Shown here: one piece after another, positions 49,100-63,358 of the stretch | How positions within the stretch are numbered: the first letter of the stretch is position 1 | How the letters are laid out: every line of letters begins with the position of its first letter | Assembly (NCBI RefSeq): GCF_964204645.1 | Contig: NC_134034.1 | Coordinates: 1,361,972 to 1,425,971 of the forward strand | Reading direction: 5' to 3' | From: Tubulanus polymorphus | Taxonomy: Eukaryota; Animalia; Nemertea | DNA: 64,000 nt | Made by a program: the position numbers and the translations under genes | The notes under the pieces: model-generated | Database searches by the model: none | What the model saw: the letters and a program-made list of their open reading frames with translations, nothing else | What the model was told of the DNA's origin: nothing

Positions 49100-49514
49100 G
49101 GGCTGCAGCTGCTGCGGCTGCTCTTGTTCCTGCTGGTGCTGCTGCTGTTGCTGCTCCTGCTGCTGCTGGGGGTACTGCTGCTGCTGCTGCTGCTGCTGCA
49201 CTTCTGTTCACTGCTGCTGCTGCTGTTGTGGCTGGTGTGTGGTGCTGTTGTTGTTGCTGCTGCTGCTCTTGTTCCTGCTTCTGGTGCTGCTGTTGTTGTT
49301 GCTGCTGTTGCTGCTGGTGCTGCTGTTGTTGCTGATGCTGCTGCTGCTGTTGTGGCTGGTGGTGGTGCTGTTGTTGCTACTGCGGCTGCTCTAGTTCCTG
49401 CTGCTGGTGCTGCTGTTGTTGTCGCTCCTCCTGCTGCTGCTGCTGGGGGGTGCTGGTACTGCTGCTGCTGGGGGTGCTGCTGCTGCTGCTGCTGCTGCAC
49501 TTCTGTTCACTGCG
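49100..49514. repeat. Compound (CTG/TTG)n microsatellite with an internal duplication
   Basis: Visible directly; gctgcacttctgttcactgc occurs twice. Confidence 0.9.
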
Positions 49515-52500
49515 TTCGTTCATTCTACCGCTTTGATATTGAATCAAACAAGATTTGCCTTGATTGAATAAACCAACACAACTTCAATCGTCGACGTCTC
49601 TAGTTTTTCTTTAGATTAAAAAAAAGCTACTGCCGCGATTTAAAACGAAATCAGCTGCGATCAGAACCGACCAGAACCGACCAGTTCACATAACCGCGCA
49701 CTCAGGTTCCGTATGCTGTCAGTTTAAAACTCTGCCAGCAGATTACATTAACTGGCCTCCACTAATCCCCCTATGACATCAGCAAATTGTTCCAACATTT
49801 CTAGAAATGTGGTTACCTCCATAAATCCACCCATGACATTCTCAATTAACCTACTACTGAATTGATCTATAAACCTCCAAAAATCCTATGACATCGTCAA
49901 ATTGTCTACTAGTAATTTGATCTATAGACGCTTCTTAAAAAGATATCTGCCTCCATAAATCTCCCTACGACACCATCAAATAACCTACAAGTGATTTGAT
50001 CTATAGACACTTCTAGAAAAGATGTCTGCCACCATAAATCTCCCTACGACATCATCAAATTGTTTACTAGCGATTTGATCTATAGACACTTCTAGAAAAG
50101 ATGTCTGCCACCATAAATCCCCCTATGACATCATCAAATCGCTCCCATCGGTGATAGACGAAAAGATGGCCTCCCGTGTTTATCATACCATCAGATCTTT
50201 TTAAGCAAGGTCTTTAAATCATCGGCTCGTTGTCGAATCGAGGAAAAGTTTATCTAATTCAACGATTCTAAAACGAATTACGGAAATTCAGAAAACAGAA
50301 GAATAATCAAATGAAACTCCCGGGCCCGCTGATTGGTTTAAATCATCACGCTCCACACTAATCAGCTTATCGCCGAGCTCGAAATCGTATCGTCCTAACC
50401 GAACTATGAAAAAAAATCCAGGTCACACGGCACGCACGTCGTAAAACCGAAACTACCGCCGACGAAACGGAGACGACATAAAACTGAAACTAGCGCGACG
50501 AATCGCCGACGAGACGCGATTGCTAAGTATCGAATTAACGCCGGTACGAATTAAAAACGTTTGAGCGCGATTTGTTTTCATTAGACGCGCGTTAATAAAA
50601 ACGTCGCCAGCTGCAGCAGCCGCGATGTTTTATGGGTTTAGATTGATTCCGTTTGGATTGAGAAATAGTCGTCCAATTCGGCGCGTGGAGGCGCCACAAC
50701 CATCCGAACCGGTGATTCTAAAAGTCTCCTACGATACAAAAGTTGAAATCATATCATTCTATAGAACTCAAATTTTGTCAATAAGTGATAATTATATAAC
50801 GTTTAAAAGTTGAATATCGGAATCACAATTTACCCACAATACGGCACGGTATTCACCGTCCGTTCTGTTTCATATCATATAGAGTGAGGAGAGTGAGGAG
50901 GAAAGATGATATTATAACCTGAAAAAAAAACGTGCATGAAAAGAGATATAATTGAGCTAGAGCAAGGAAGCGGGAGGGGAACTGGGTGGGAGAGGGGGTA
51001 CTGGGGGAGAGGAAGGAGTACTAGGACAACAAGAGAAACAACAAGCGAGTGGAACAGATAGTGGATAGATAGGTACGGATAGGGAAAGTGAATTGGGGAG
51101 GGAGAGATGAGGGATAGGTCAGAGAGAGTTAAATGAGAGGGGGGGGGGGGGTGTGGAGAAAGAGGGAAAGGGGATGGAAAGAGAGGGAAAGAGTGAGAGA
51201 ATGAGGAGACAGTTTGACAGCAGTCCTGGATGTTGGATACAGACAGTGAAAGCTGTTATGCATTCATCGTCATGGATTCCAGGAATTGCTACGATGGCGG
51301 CGGAAGAAGTCACAGTACAAAACTCAACCAGTCGTAAACTGACACAATCTGACATGTCTACTGCGCGCGCCGCTATACTCCACCACCGACAACAACAACA
51401 ACTGTAGTATCTCAACTTTCCCTTCGTCTACTGTCAAATCGAAACCGTGGAACTGGATCTATAGTCAAATTAAACCTACACAACTGTGGAACTGGATCCA
51501 GAGTCAAATTAAACCTACACAACTGTGGAACTGGATCCAGAGTCAAATTAAACCTACACAACTGTGGAACTGGATCCAGAGTCAAATTAAACCCGCACAA
51601 CTGTGTAACTGGTTCCACAGTCAGATCAAAACCACTCACAACTGTCGAACTGTGTCCAGTCAAATGAAACCCAACACACAGCTGTGGAACTGGATTCAGA
51701 GAGCCAAGTAAACCCTACACAATTTTGGAATTGAAAGCACCCCAACACATTTTCTTGGTAGCCTAATTAATTGAAAGTATGAAAACCAATACTCGAATAA
51801 GAGGAATGGGACCTGTGTAAAGAGGAACCTTATACGGGAGGAGAGAGATATTGAATTTTCCATCGAAGCTTTGTCAACATATTTCCATCGAGTTGCGAAG
51901 TACATTTTCGTGCAAATCGATACGAGTCTGCGAACAATCGCGGTTACAAAGACACCGGCTCCTTCACAACATGTGCGCGCCGATCGTGGAGAACCGTTCA
52001 TAAGTATGGATAAGCACCACTAGTTCCCGAGCGGCGAAGCGACGACGACCTGATCGACATAAAAGATTCACGACGTGAAATAACGAATACTCTCGTTCAA
52101 GTCTCGTTTTGCCGTTTAAGCAAAAATAATGTGGACAGCCTGAACGCATTTAACGAGTACCCGGATGAGAGCCCTCGAGGTCGGCCAGACGACACTCGCG
52201 TGCCAGCGTAAGTCTCACCGGCCTGACAACAATCTAATGCCAGTGTAAGCCGCCCGGTAAACACCGGCCTGACAACACTCGCATACCAGTGTAAGCCCTT
52301 CCGTTGAACACATGCCAGACGTAATAATTTAATATATCGATGACGTCATTTTGGGGATACATATTTCTGAATACTAATCGCCAAAACAAGAAAGGAACCG
52401 AAATAAAACCTTTAGAAATACATTTGGCTCTCTATAAACTGGAAAACGCTAAATTCCGTGTGCACGAAAAAATGCTGTCCGTCGGTATCGGTTCGGTAAA

Positions 52501-52903
52501 CACTAGACCACGTACGTGGCATATATTACCAAAAAAAAATCAGAATTGCCCTGCATTTACGTATATCGGTTGGTAAGCACTAAAACACGTACGCCGACCA
52601 TTAGACAAGAAAATAGGATTCCGTGCATGTATATGGGCATATCGCGACTTGTAAATACCCCAGTTCACGTCCGCGTACGAGAAAATAATGTGCTCATATC
52701 GCAACTTGCAAATAGCCCGACATCCGCCGTTACGTCGGTACAGTAACGTTTTACGCGACCGTTAGCTAACTGTAAAACAAGCGCTTACGGAAATGACATT
52801 GACGCAGCGTTGACGGTGATTAAGAGGAGACAGCACGTCAACGTAATCCGGGTAACTACCGGGGATCGTGCATTAATTGTCAATTTACCGTATAAACGAT
52901 ATC

Positions 52904-53368
52904 GGCAGACGATCAGGTCAGGTATAGAGGTGCAGCAGACGATCAGATCAGGTATAGCGGTGCAGTAGACGATCAGATCAGGTATAGAGGTGCAGCAGAC
53001 GATCAGATCAGGTATAGAGGTGCAGCAGACGATCAGATCAGGTATAGAGGTGCAGCACACGATCAGATCAGGTATAGAGGTGCAGCAGACGATCAGATCA
53101 GGTAAAGAGGTGCAGCAGACGATCAGGTCAGGTATAGAGGTGCATCAGACGATCAGGTCAGGTAAAGAGGTGCAGCAGACGATCAGGTCAGGTATAGCGG
53201 TGCAGTAGACGATCAGATCAGGTATAGAGGTGCATCAGACGATCAGATCAGGTATAGAGGTGCAGCAGACGATCAGATCAGGTATAGCGGTGCAGTAGAC
53301 GATCAGATCAGGTATAGAGGTGCAGCAGACGATCAGATCAGGTATAGAGGTGCAGCAGATGATCAGGT
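52904..53368. repeat. 30-bp tandem repeat, ~15 copies
   Basis: gcagacgatcagatcaggtatagaggtgca. Confidence 0.95.
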
Positions 53369-54817
53369 CCTCTCTTCCTTCTCATCTCTCTCTCCTCTAC
53401 TCTATCAATGCTAACTCTAAATCGTCCTTCCATATTTTCTCTACATTTCCAACCTTTCCGATCCCTCACTCTCGACTCCTACCCGGATCTCTCACTTCGG
53501 CATAACATGTTTTTACTTGACGACGATTCAGTATGAAATAGAATCCCTCGCGTGACGTTCCAAATGTCACCGTGTTTTTACAGAACGCACTCACCAAAAA
53601 AATCATTCGATACTACTACGGATTATCCCCGTTAATACATCAACGCAACCCCCCTCTCCCCTCTCCCCCTCCGCCTCGCCCTCTTACAATCAGCGGCGGG
53701 AGAGAAAATGCATCACGCCGCGACAAAAAAACCCTGAATAAACCAACATTGATTACCGCGGCAAGAAATATCGGATATTTGCATCTATCCGACAGATTGT
53801 GGATCAGTTTCTGCCAAATTGAGAGATTTATGTAATACAACACCGCGCGCAGTTCCATAATCCCCCGGGGTTACGTGTACTTTCGACTAGAGTACACAAT
53901 TATCAATAATATTGAGACAAACGAGACTGCTAAGGATGTGTAGTTTAAAATTGTTAATTCGAACGATGGGGAAACAAAAGCTCCGTCAAATAAACAAAAT
54001 AACCTATAAAGTACCATCCGTCTTGTTCAGGCTCCTCCACCAATCTTATCTATAGTGTATGTTCTGGTGATCCTACTGTACACTAGCGACACCTGGTGGA
54101 TCCTCACTTGCAACAAGAGGAATCATCTATTGCCGCAGTAGTTGATGTCCTACTACACACCAGCAACACCTGGTGGATCCTCACTTGCCACAAGTGGAAT
54201 CCTCTATTGTGGCAGTAGTTGATGTCCCACTACACACAGGCGACACCTGGTGGATCCTCACTTGCCACAAGTGGAATCCTCTATTGCCGCAGTAGTTGAT
54301 GTCCTGTCCTATTGCACACCAGCAACACCTGGTGGATCCTCACCTGCCACAAGTGGAATCCTCTATTGCCGCAGTAGTTGATGTCCTGTCCTACTGCACA
54401 CCAGCAACACCTGGTGGATCCTCACTTGCCACAAGTGGAATCCTCTATTGCCGCAGTAGTTGATGTCCTGTCCTATTGCACACCAGCAACACCTGGTGGA
54501 TCCTCACTTGCCACAAGTGGAATCCTCTACTTCCCCAATTAGGCGTTGAAGGCTATCCCGGTGCGCATTCAAATGCTGTCACCTTGAACGGACCGCTTTC
54601 AAGATCCTTAACAAGTGGTTTGTTATTCCTTATTCATGATTAATGATCACAGTGCAGCAATCGCTCACTGGGGATACACACACTCACAGTTCATGCAGTT
54701 CGTCGAGTAGGGGGCCAAATAAAAACCTCGTCTATAATTAATAGACTTCGGTAATTCGATATCGAATCTAGCGGCGATGAATTAACACGATTCTCAAGAA
54801 TGATCCGATATTTCATT

Positions 54818-54871
<54 letters not shown>

Positions 54872-55563
54872 CTCGCTCGGCAGTTTTATCGGAAAAACAC
54901 TGCATATCATAACACGATACAGTTCTCAAGTGACCCTGTTTTACACCAGTTTATGCAGATACAAAGCCATGGCTAAATTGTTTTGTAAATACCGTTAATG
55001 TAAGTCCTTGTTTTTTCCCTCTCTGAGTCGAAATCTTTGAATTCAATCTATAATCGATCGATATCTCTTCAGGCTTAGATATTAAGACCAGTCTAAGACC
55101 ATATCCATTGTAATTGCCTTTATAAAGGGCACCCTCCCTTCAGGGGTAGCTCTTACGACTCGGGGCGTCCTCCTCAAATGTGTAAATTTTCAATTTATAT
55201 GTAGTGACCAAAGATTTTTATCATCAGATGATCGTTCTTGAGATTTAAGAAGAATTTTTGGTTGGATTGAAGTCACGACGGAGAGGTTGCCGGACGTGAC
55301 GTCTCACTGCTTCTACGTACAACTAGCCGACCTTTTAATGTTCGATAAATCTCTGAAGATGTATAGAAGTTGTTTGTTTGAAACAATGAAACGGATTCTT
55401 AAGTTGAATCATTGTGGGGTATTTGAGATGAAAATATAGTTGGGTGTGTTTTTCCCCATAGACGGACATAGCTTTTAAATAAACTGCAATCAATGAAATC
55501 ATCTTTAATGTAACACTATATTTCGTGTGAAATAATTCCTAATATTTACTGAAATTTATTAAA

Positions 55564-56604
55564 CTATCTGCCGAATATGATTTGTAGTAACGAACTATTT
55601 CCGGATATTTCTGTTCCGTATTTTAATAATTTCTCCAAATAAAGTGTCTCTAACTCGACGAGAGGGTCTGGAATAGTCTGTTTTCCCACCTCTTCTTGAG
55701 TCGGTCGAAGGTCGTGGCTCGATGGCATGCGCGAGGGTACGTCCTGCGTGACGTCACCAACCGGCTCGACGTCCGTTTCCGACGTCATACGAATGTCGAT
55801 TCCCGAAATATTTTCGATCACGTGACACGCCGACGCCTGCTCACCGGCGGACTGCGACCGGTCGATAGCCGTGGTCCGTTCCGGTGTCAATCCGTCCGGA
55901 GATGATACGGACAGCGAATCGGACAACAGCCCGTGAACGTCCGTAGAATGAGAAACGTCCACCGCAGACGTCTGACTCAAATCTAACAACGACAGATGAC
56001 GCGCGAATGACCTACTTATTTCCTTCGATCGGTTAGGCGATGACGTCATATAATCGGGGGTATCCTCGTCGCGGGGACTCCCGAGTGGCGAGTAATCCTC
56101 GCTTGAACGCGGCTGATTCCTGATCCAGTGAACGAGTGCGTCTTCAGCCCAGAGTCGGGTTCGGCTCCAGCTGCGAGCCCGTTTAAAACAGCCTCCTCCG
56201 CCGAGTGATACGGTCGAGTCAGTCGACGTTTCTTCCTCCGCGGAGGAAACGAGTCCGGCTGTTACACTTTCCAGAAATGCCGCGCTTGAACTCCTCGACA
56301 GCGTCGAACTGTTGGAACTAACAACCGCTTTGTATTCATTATCAACCGAGGAATCCACATTCTTTTTCTTCCCTCTGTCACCCCTCTTAGCGTGGTCCAA
56401 ACTACTAGCTAGACCCCCTAAACTCCATATTTCGATGGCCTCGTCCTCGGTGAGTCGGTCCTCTTTCGATGAACGACGATTTTTGAATTTTTTCGCAACT
56501 TTTTTGCATTTCGTTTTCAGCTCCTTGAACTTCGATCCACTTCCGGTTTGCTGGTCGGTCGCTACGTTGACCCTTTTGTCGTGTTGCTGATTGGACGCGG
56601 CCAT
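55564..56604 (-). CDS. Uncharacterised 346-aa Ser-rich ORF (single-exon gene or large first exon)
   Basis: Non-repetitive, GC-richer 1041-bp ORF with ACGGATGG start context; basic N-terminal helix (KELKTKCKKVAKKFKNRR); no recognised domain. Confidence 0.6.
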   Translation of the reverse strand: MAASNQQHDKRVNVATDQQTGSGSKFKELKTKCKKVAKKFKNRRSSKEDRLTEDEAIEIWSLGGLASSLDHAKRGDRGKKKNVDSSVDNEYKAVVSSNSSTLSRSSSAAFLESVTAGLVSSAEEETSTDSTVSLGGGGCFKRARSWSRTRLWAEDALVHWIRNQPRSSEDYSPLGSPRDEDTPDYMTSSPNRSKEISRSFARHLSLLDLSQTSAVDVSHSTDVHGLLSDSLSVSSPDGLTPERTTAIDRSQSAGEQASACHVIENISGIDIRMTSETDVEPVGDVTQDVPSRMPSSHDLRPTQEEVGKQTIPDPLVELETLYLEKLLKYGTEISGNSSLLQIIFGR

Positions 56605-56937
56605 CCGTCGATTAAAGTGGTCGGTATATTTTTCGTCGATTGAATCAGATTCCTCTGATTTTGTACCGACCGTCTGCCCGACAACAATTCCCGCCGGTGA
56701 TACATTGGAAACTATGGAAATACAGGAAAGATTTGGAAAAAGTTCTTTCCGTTTTACGCAGACGTGATAGGAAATGCTGCCTCCTGGTGGCTGTACGTTT
56801 CGTTAGTTGGGAAGAGTTGCGGAAAGGGATGTTGGAAATGAGAGAGGGAGACGAGAGGAAGAGGGAGAGGGGGCAGGGGAGAGGAGAAAGAATGAAAGAG
56901 TGATATATGGAGAGAGCAATGTACAGAAAGAGAGGGC

Positions 56938-57140
<203 letters not shown>

Positions 57141-57559
57141 GATAGATCGTAAAGCAGATATAGCGATGGAGAGGAAGGAGAGAGCAATGTAGTGAGGTCT
57201 AACCGCTCATTTTTCAAATGATGCTTAAACACGAGTTGCGATTGTTCAGTGACAGCTGAAACGTGGAAGATCGTCAATTACGCTGTGCACAGAAATCAAT
57301 AGTCATTGAGTTTATTGCTTATTGATCGCCTACGCGAGGCCAGTCTCCACAAACAGATTTACATCTTTCATTCAATTCACAATTCTCACGTAGAGCGTAG
57401 ACTCTGTAGTGTTCCGCTGCAGGTCGAGGAAGCTCTTCAACCGAGCCAACAGTGAGTTATCTGGGTCGATCTTCGCCTAGCCCCGACCCGAGTAGCGGAT
57501 TCCCGGGGTAGATCTTTACCCAACCCGTCCAAATAACGGGTACCCACGATACATTCCAG

Positions 57560-57695
57560 GGGCCGGTTGCAAAGTCATCGCTTAGACTTAAGACCAGTCT
57601 AAGACCAACTTAGTTCTATAGTCAATCTAACACTAAGACCAGTCTTAAGATTATAGACCATTTTTGGGCTTAAGTCACGACTGTGCAACCGGCAC
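57560..57695. mobile_element. ~135-bp MITE (PIF/Harbinger-like), related to satellite D
   Basis: TIRs gggccggttgca / tgcaaccggcac flanked by CAG on both sides; interior ttaagaccagtctaag...caatctaacactaagaccagtc. Confidence 0.6.
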
Positions 57696-60600
57696 CAGAA
57701 TCTTTTGAAATCTGTTTGGATTTTATTCCTGCCTCAATGAGGGCATTCCTCCAATATATTTTTAAGTATCTCATATGCACGAGGTCGATTCTTTTTTTAC
57801 CGATTGATTGTCGGGTGTATGTGAAGTGCCTGCGTGTTTGTTTAATACGCTACGACCTTGACATCGCGCGAACCTTGATGGATCATCAAGTGTTGTTGTT
57901 ACCGTAATTAATGGTTATTGTGGAGATGAATCGCGCGCCTGCGTCACATAAAGCAGAGCAGACGATAAATCCCGCGTGTTCTCCGGGTTTTATCGATACT
58001 TCTGTTTAATGTCTTAGACAAATCGTTAATTGGGTTCAACACGACATCAATCTGTAATCCGGGAGTATAGTTTATGTATACAAGTCAGGCTAATCCTAGA
58101 GTAACGACTATATAGTTAGCTACTTCCGACTCCCGGCGCTACTTAACCGAAATGGTAGATGTAAAAATAGTTCCCTTCGTTCACAGTAGGTGGCGACGTA
58201 CACAAATACATACTTGCAGAATTCGTTCGGAATATATTTAGTCATATAACGCTTCCTTGTGGCGCGGATAGCCATGAACCTTTTTTTCTATGGAGAACTG
58301 TCAATAAAAAATGCTACAATAACGGGATTCGAACCCGCTAACCGTGGATTGATAAACAAAAATAATATGCAAATATTGTCTTACCTACTTCCTGTCCGTG
58401 TATCTTCCAGAATTTTGAACTGTTTATCTGAAAAAAGCAAAAAAGATGAATTCAATGAATTCACTAAGTGCAATTCGTCATTTAGATAGATCCACGCAAC
58501 GACCGTTTCAACTACGAAGCCTTTTGTTCAAATTCTAGGCGAGTTGAATTAGATTTCATTGCAGCACAATGTGGACACAATTACGGTGACTCCTAACCCC
58601 TAACCCCTCACCCTTCACTCTCCACCCCTCACTACCGCCCCTGACCCCTCAAACCTCCTCTCTGAAACCTTCCAGAGTTACCTAGGACAGTGTTTAACGT
58701 TTCTGCTTCCTTTGAACTATTCATAAATGAGTGGAATTACTTTTTGGCAGAACCCTTCGATTCCCTCTGAGACGGGGGGGGGGGGGGAGGGGAGGGGCAC
58801 ATCGAGGGTCGGTTGTTTCTCGGAGAGCCCTATAAGAGATACCACAAGAGCCCTCCCTCTACGAGAGACCACATTTAACAGTGTCTGTGGATGTGTTGTT
58901 ACTCTATTGACGGTTTAAAACGCGCGGAAAAAAGAAAAGAACATCAGTAAGTAACGTTCACGCGAACAATGGCGAACAAAAAAAGCAGAATTCTAAGAAT
59001 GCTACGATTTCATTAACGCTTTCAGCGTCGCGCGATGCGCAGTTTTATAATGAATTCATTCTTATATCAGCACACAGACTCGGTAATACCCGGCCGGCGC
59101 GTTCTGATCGTCTGCGGATCTCTGTCGATAGATTGCCGTCTGTTTACTTTGTGTTCTGTGTTCAGGAATTTTTCTATTAAACACGCAAACAAAAACCTGA
59201 AACGACGCACGGGATATGAAACCGTCGACGCCGAAGCCGCGGATTTCGTTCGTTTAAACAGGTGTAATTTGCGTTTGTAAATATTTCATCACCGGGATCC
59301 ATTAACGGGGAGGGGGAGACCGCAGGGGAGAACAGACAGAGAGATATGAGAGAGGGAGGGAGAGTTGAGAGTAGAGAGATCGCGACTGAGTGAGGGGAGG
59401 AGCGAGGACAGGAGGGAGAGGGAGAGGAAGAGGAGGTAGGGGAGAGGGAGGAGATAGGGAGATGGGTCACCGGGAATACCACGAGGGAGAGGGAGAGAAA
59501 ATTGAAGGAGGACGCAGAGAGGGAGAGAGGGGGAGAGAGGGAGAGAGACAAGAGAAGGGAGAGAGACAGGGAGAGAGGGGGTAAGGGGAGGATGGGGGCA
59601 GATGGGGAGAGGAGGGAGGCAGGGGGAGGGAGACAGACAGACAGACGGGGAGAGGGAGGCAAGGGGGAGGGAGATAGATGGGGAGAGGAGGGAGGGGAAA
59701 GGAGGTATGATTCATATGGTCGCGTATGTTTAATTAAACGCGTATCAATTGCTTTGTAAATATTTAAAAGTCGTGAATAAGAACTGAATCGGTGCCGAGT
59801 AAAAACAAATTAGACGCAACGCGATATTCTGCGGCCTCGATCGTGTCGCGTAAACCGAAACCAAACAGCTTTTTTAAAATTACCAGCAGCAGCCGGTGCG
59901 TTCTATAAACTCAGACTAGAAAAATATCGATGGCGATTGAGACAGAACAGATGCAGATTCAAAGGGTCTTAAAACTAAATACGGTTTTGAAATATTCTCT
60001 CTGACATTTCTAAGGGTTCGTTCTATAGGCAGCGCATCTTGTGACCACTTTCTAGAATTTTACAAGAATTCATTTTTTATCATATCATCCAAATTGTGCT
60101 TTGTTCACCATTTACCATTTTAGGTTTTTGGGTACAGGGTCGTATTGTCACGAGGTCACTGGTTACTGGTCACCAGTCACGCTAACTTAGTGGCGATAAC
60201 CTTAACCTTTGAAAAAAGTTAGTTCGTCGCTGTCCCTGGTAGGTTCGAACCCCAGGTATCCGCGCGGATATAATCGGGTTTGTTTCTGTGAATTATGGCC
60301 GGGAATGACGGCAACTACTGCCACTGATTATTGTGATTGTGGCAATATTGTTATGACATCCGTAATGCAAATCACAATATACCCAATATGACAAGTGAAC
60401 GCACACAGCTTCAGGCGTTACACATTGTAGACTCACTGAGCATCGCTCTCCATGCAAGTAGTTAGTAAACTATCTTATACAAATCATTGTCTTAACATCA
60501 GTGTACTTCTCATTGGGGTTTATGAGAATCTCTGAAATTATTGTGGGCATGGGTCAAATTAAACACATACAACTGTGGAACTGGATTCAGCATCAAATTA

Positions 60601-62899
60601 AACCCACACAACTTTGGAACTGGATTCAGAGTAAGATTAAACCCACACAACTGTGGAACTCGATTCAGAGTCAAATTAAACCCACACAACTGTGGAACTG
60701 AATTCAGCATCAAATTAAACCCACACAACTTTGGAACTGGATTCAGAGTCTAATTAAACCCACACAACTGTGAAACTGAGTTCAGTATCAACTTAAACCC
60801 ACACAACTGTGGAACTGGATTCAGCATCAAATTAAACCCACACAACTTTGGAACTGGATTCAGAGTAAGATTAAACCCACACAACTGTGGAACTGAATTC
60901 AGAGTCTAATTAAACCCACACAACTGTGGTACTGGGTTCAGAGTAAGATTAGACCCACACAACTGTGGAACTGGGTTCAGCATCAAATTAAACCCACACA
61001 ACTGTGGAACTGGATTCACAGTCAAATTAAACCCACACAACTGTGGAACTGGATCCAGAGTCAAAGAAGGTGAGGAATATTTCATCATCCAAGTAGGAAA
61101 GAGTTTGAACTGTTATGCAGAGTTCATCTGCCATGCAACCGGAAATGTAAACATAACAGGAAGTATCGATCAAGCGAGTCGAGAACGAGGCGAGATGATG
61201 GTCACGCTATCTGAAATCCCTGCAGGCGTAAGAGCGTGTTGGTACACGATCAGTACGGAAAGGCCGCCGCCTCATTCCGGGTCCCGAGAGGATCCCACAC
61301 CTCGCTTGGAGATAAGCCACGCGCGCAGTACCGCAGACGGTAGCGCTCTGCGGGAAGACATGCCACACCGGAATAACCATACGTCAAACGATTTAAAACA
61401 AACAAGAAAACTAACTTGAAAGTTGACGCCTTGTGAAATATCGTCGACAAAAAAAAAAACATAATATAAGTTATATTATATTAAGCATCGATGAAGTTAT
61501 TTTGGATTTGAATATATCGATGATTGAATTGAATTCATCGGCAACCAGTCTAGAGCCCTGATATAATGATGACGTAGAGCACACCCTCTCAACAAATAAT
61601 GATTAGAATTTATCAAAAAATAAAACACGAATTATGAAATATGTTTATTTGCAAAATGAACGCCAAAATTCGCAATTGTAAACTGAATCGCCAATATCGA
61701 TGACGTAGTGCGCATCGACTCACACAGGTAGAACCTATAGTCGATGAGTTCTCAGAAATCATTTTTTCCAGCACGATACCCGGTAACCAGACCCCTTCAG
61801 CAGGTAAAATGTCAAAGTATCGCGCAAAATTCGTTTCCAGCTTCTGCCAATGATTATTGTCTCTTCTTCGAATAAGCGACGTGGCTTTATTTCCAGAACT
61901 GCGTATGAGAGCTAAAAATAGCCACACGGAAAAGACTCGACTGTGGCACGCGAGTGTGCGCGAGATCGTGTGTGTAGTGTGGAGCGCAGAGAATATCTAT
62001 AAAGTGTAAAATGTCACTGACGAGATGTCGATAAGTTCTCGAGTATTACTTCGGGAATACGTTACAATCCAGGCACCGTCTAATTCCGTGTATTCCACAC
62101 AGAATCCGATCCGTAGTTAGCGAACGTCATCGGACTATCGTCATCAGACAATCGTCATGCGACAATCGTCTAAAAACCGGCCGCCACCTTGTATTCAGTT
62201 TAATCTCCCTTTGAGCTAACACTTACTCGCACTTCTAGAAAACTCGGTTCAGCTTTAACCCAGACTTAATTACAGACAACCTACGATCATAGTGTGCCTA
62301 TGATTCCTCAGATTCTAGAGTGCCTAGATTTCCTACGACCCGACATCTTCACCCATCAAGGGATTCGAACTCACTACGCTAAAGCTGTTCCCCGAACCCC
62401 TTGACCTCACGAGTCGTTGTAGTCGTTACTAGCCGACCAGAATCCGGTCGTACCAATCACAGCGCTTGTAACAAACCGTCAGTAGACTTCTTTTGGGTTT
62501 CCCGTTAAATTGACCAATCGGCGAACGTTTTACCGAACAAGGAAGTATTTCGCAAATCGATATATGATGTCACGCGCAACAGCACCAGTAATGAAATCAC
62601 GCGTCGTGAGGCCAGGGGGCTGGTGGAAGCGAGTTCGGGAGTGATATCGGACCCCTGGCAAGCGAGGATGACGACCCGAGCGTACCCAGACATCCTACGA
62701 TCCTTATAGTGTACCCAGACACGACCAGAAAAAGAATCAAGTTAACCTACAGTCTTCGCGTTTACTAAGGTTCATAGTTACTTCGTCAGGAATAGGTCTA
62801 AACGAGGTCTGATGAAGCTATGCTTGAAAGCACGTAGTTCTTATCTAACACCAACCATGTATGTATAGTCACTGTACCAACTAAGTACTTTGATAACAG

Positions 62900-63358
62900 C
62901 CTTCGCGTCCACTAAGGTATAGTAGCTTTAACAAGCATGTGTCCTAATGAAGCTACAAGTAATTTTAAAGTTTACGAAAATCAAGTTGACACCTTCAAAG
63001 TATTTTAACTGCCTTCGCGTCAACTGAGGTATAGTAGCTTTAACAAGCATGTGTCCTAATGAAGTGACAAGTAATTTTAAAGTTCATGAAAATCAAGTTG
63101 ACCTTCAAAGTATTTCAACTGCCTTCGCGTCCACTAAGGTATAGTAGCTTTAACAAGCATGTGTCCTAATGAAGCTACAAGTAATTTTAAAGTTCATGAA
63201 AAATTAAGTTGACCTTCAAAGTATTTCAACTGCCTTCGCGTCCACTAAGGTATAGTAGCTTTAACAAACATGTGTCCTGATGAAGCTACAAGTAATTTTA
63301 AAGTTCCTGAAAAATTAAGTTGACCTTCAAAGTATTCTAACTGCCTTCGCGTCTACTT
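62900..63358. repeat. ~111-bp tandem repeat x4, with a diverged unit at ~62754
   Basis: cttcgcgtc starts at 62901, 63013, 63123, 63234 and 63345. Confidence 0.92.

Noticed and set aside
48955-49567. Poly-Gln/Ala/Thr ORFs
   Set aside because: Trinucleotide microsatellite open in several frames on both strands; no splice or domain support
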